This document shows positions 63,925 through 64,000 of a stretch of 64,000 nt of DNA, piece after piece. The stretch comes from Candidatus Jorgensenbacteria bacterium (GTDB lineage Bacteria > Patescibacteriota > Minisyncoccia > UBA6257 > GWB1-50-10), in assembly GCA_043807585.1 (NCBI GenBank), contig JAZDFV010000015.1:16071-80070 (forward strand). The letters run 5' to 3'. Below the pieces are notes generated by a model. It had not been told where the DNA came from. It searched no databases and saw only the letters and a program-made list of their open reading frames with translations. A program made the position numbers and the translations under genes. Every line of letters starts with the position of its first letter. Position 1 is the first letter of the stretch.

Positions 63925-64000
63925 TTATTGCGCCAGCATTCCTGTCCGCAACTGGATGGTTTGCGCGGTGATGCTCCCATCCGGATTGGCGGTTCCGCTC
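63925..64000 (-). CDS. C-terminal end of an unidentified minus-strand CDS running off the window
   Basis: Reverse-complement reads ...GSITAQTIQLRTGMLAQ* with stop at 63925-63927. Confidence 0.25.
   Translation of the reverse strand, partial: SGTANPDGSITAQTIQLRTGMLAQ

Overview
High-GC (about 60%) bacterial chromosomal segment, densely coding and mostly on the minus strand, with several lower-GC islands (7.6-9.4 kb, 16.4-20.3 kb, 36.1-39.7 kb, 52.5-55.8 kb). Recognisable housekeeping content: gpsA, cobO, class II B12-dependent ribonucleotide reductase nrdJ, pyruvoyl arginine decarboxylase, enolase, D-2-hydroxyacid dehydrogenase, PEP synthase, glycerate kinase, a CsoR-SHOCT-CopB copper module with thiol-redox genes (thioredoxin-like, CcdA, DUF1573), FemAB, M23 peptidase, gltX, a reduced cell-wall/division cluster (murG-ftsW-amidohydrolase-mraY-dac), scpAB, ychF, mag, dnaX, tRNA-Gln, purB, DEAD-box helicase, typA, rarA and obg. 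The most striking sequence-level feature is several families of short dispersed repeats that sit at gene boundaries and, more unusually, lie in-frame inside conserved genes: four separate insertions in ppsA, plus typA, mag, ychF and glycerate kinase. This resembles Rickettsia palindromic elements. One family has 13-bp TIRs (core cccgttagagaca) and lies exactly between the stop codon of one gene and the start codon of the next, supplying the ATG. The second notable region (10.5-20.3 kb) is repeat-rich accessory DNA. It holds a divergent pair of ArsR regulators around a 40-bp perfect-palindrome family (four copies), a PIF1-like helicase operon, a DUF559 endonuclease, a segmentally duplicated and decaying ywbE-like gene, a DUF3800 protein, a DNA methyltransferase fused to an Mrr-like nuclease domain and an AT-rich two-gene module. 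Taken together this is a candidate defence island with possibly undescribed components. A family of GGT(G/A)CTA-N10-TAG(C/T)ACC palindromes sits upstream of eno, ppsA and other genes. A LAGLIDADG homing endonuclease fragment lies at the window edge, and a second HTH plus LAGLIDADG-like ORF abuts tRNA-Gln. All calls are from manual reading of the sequence and ORF track; no database searches were run.
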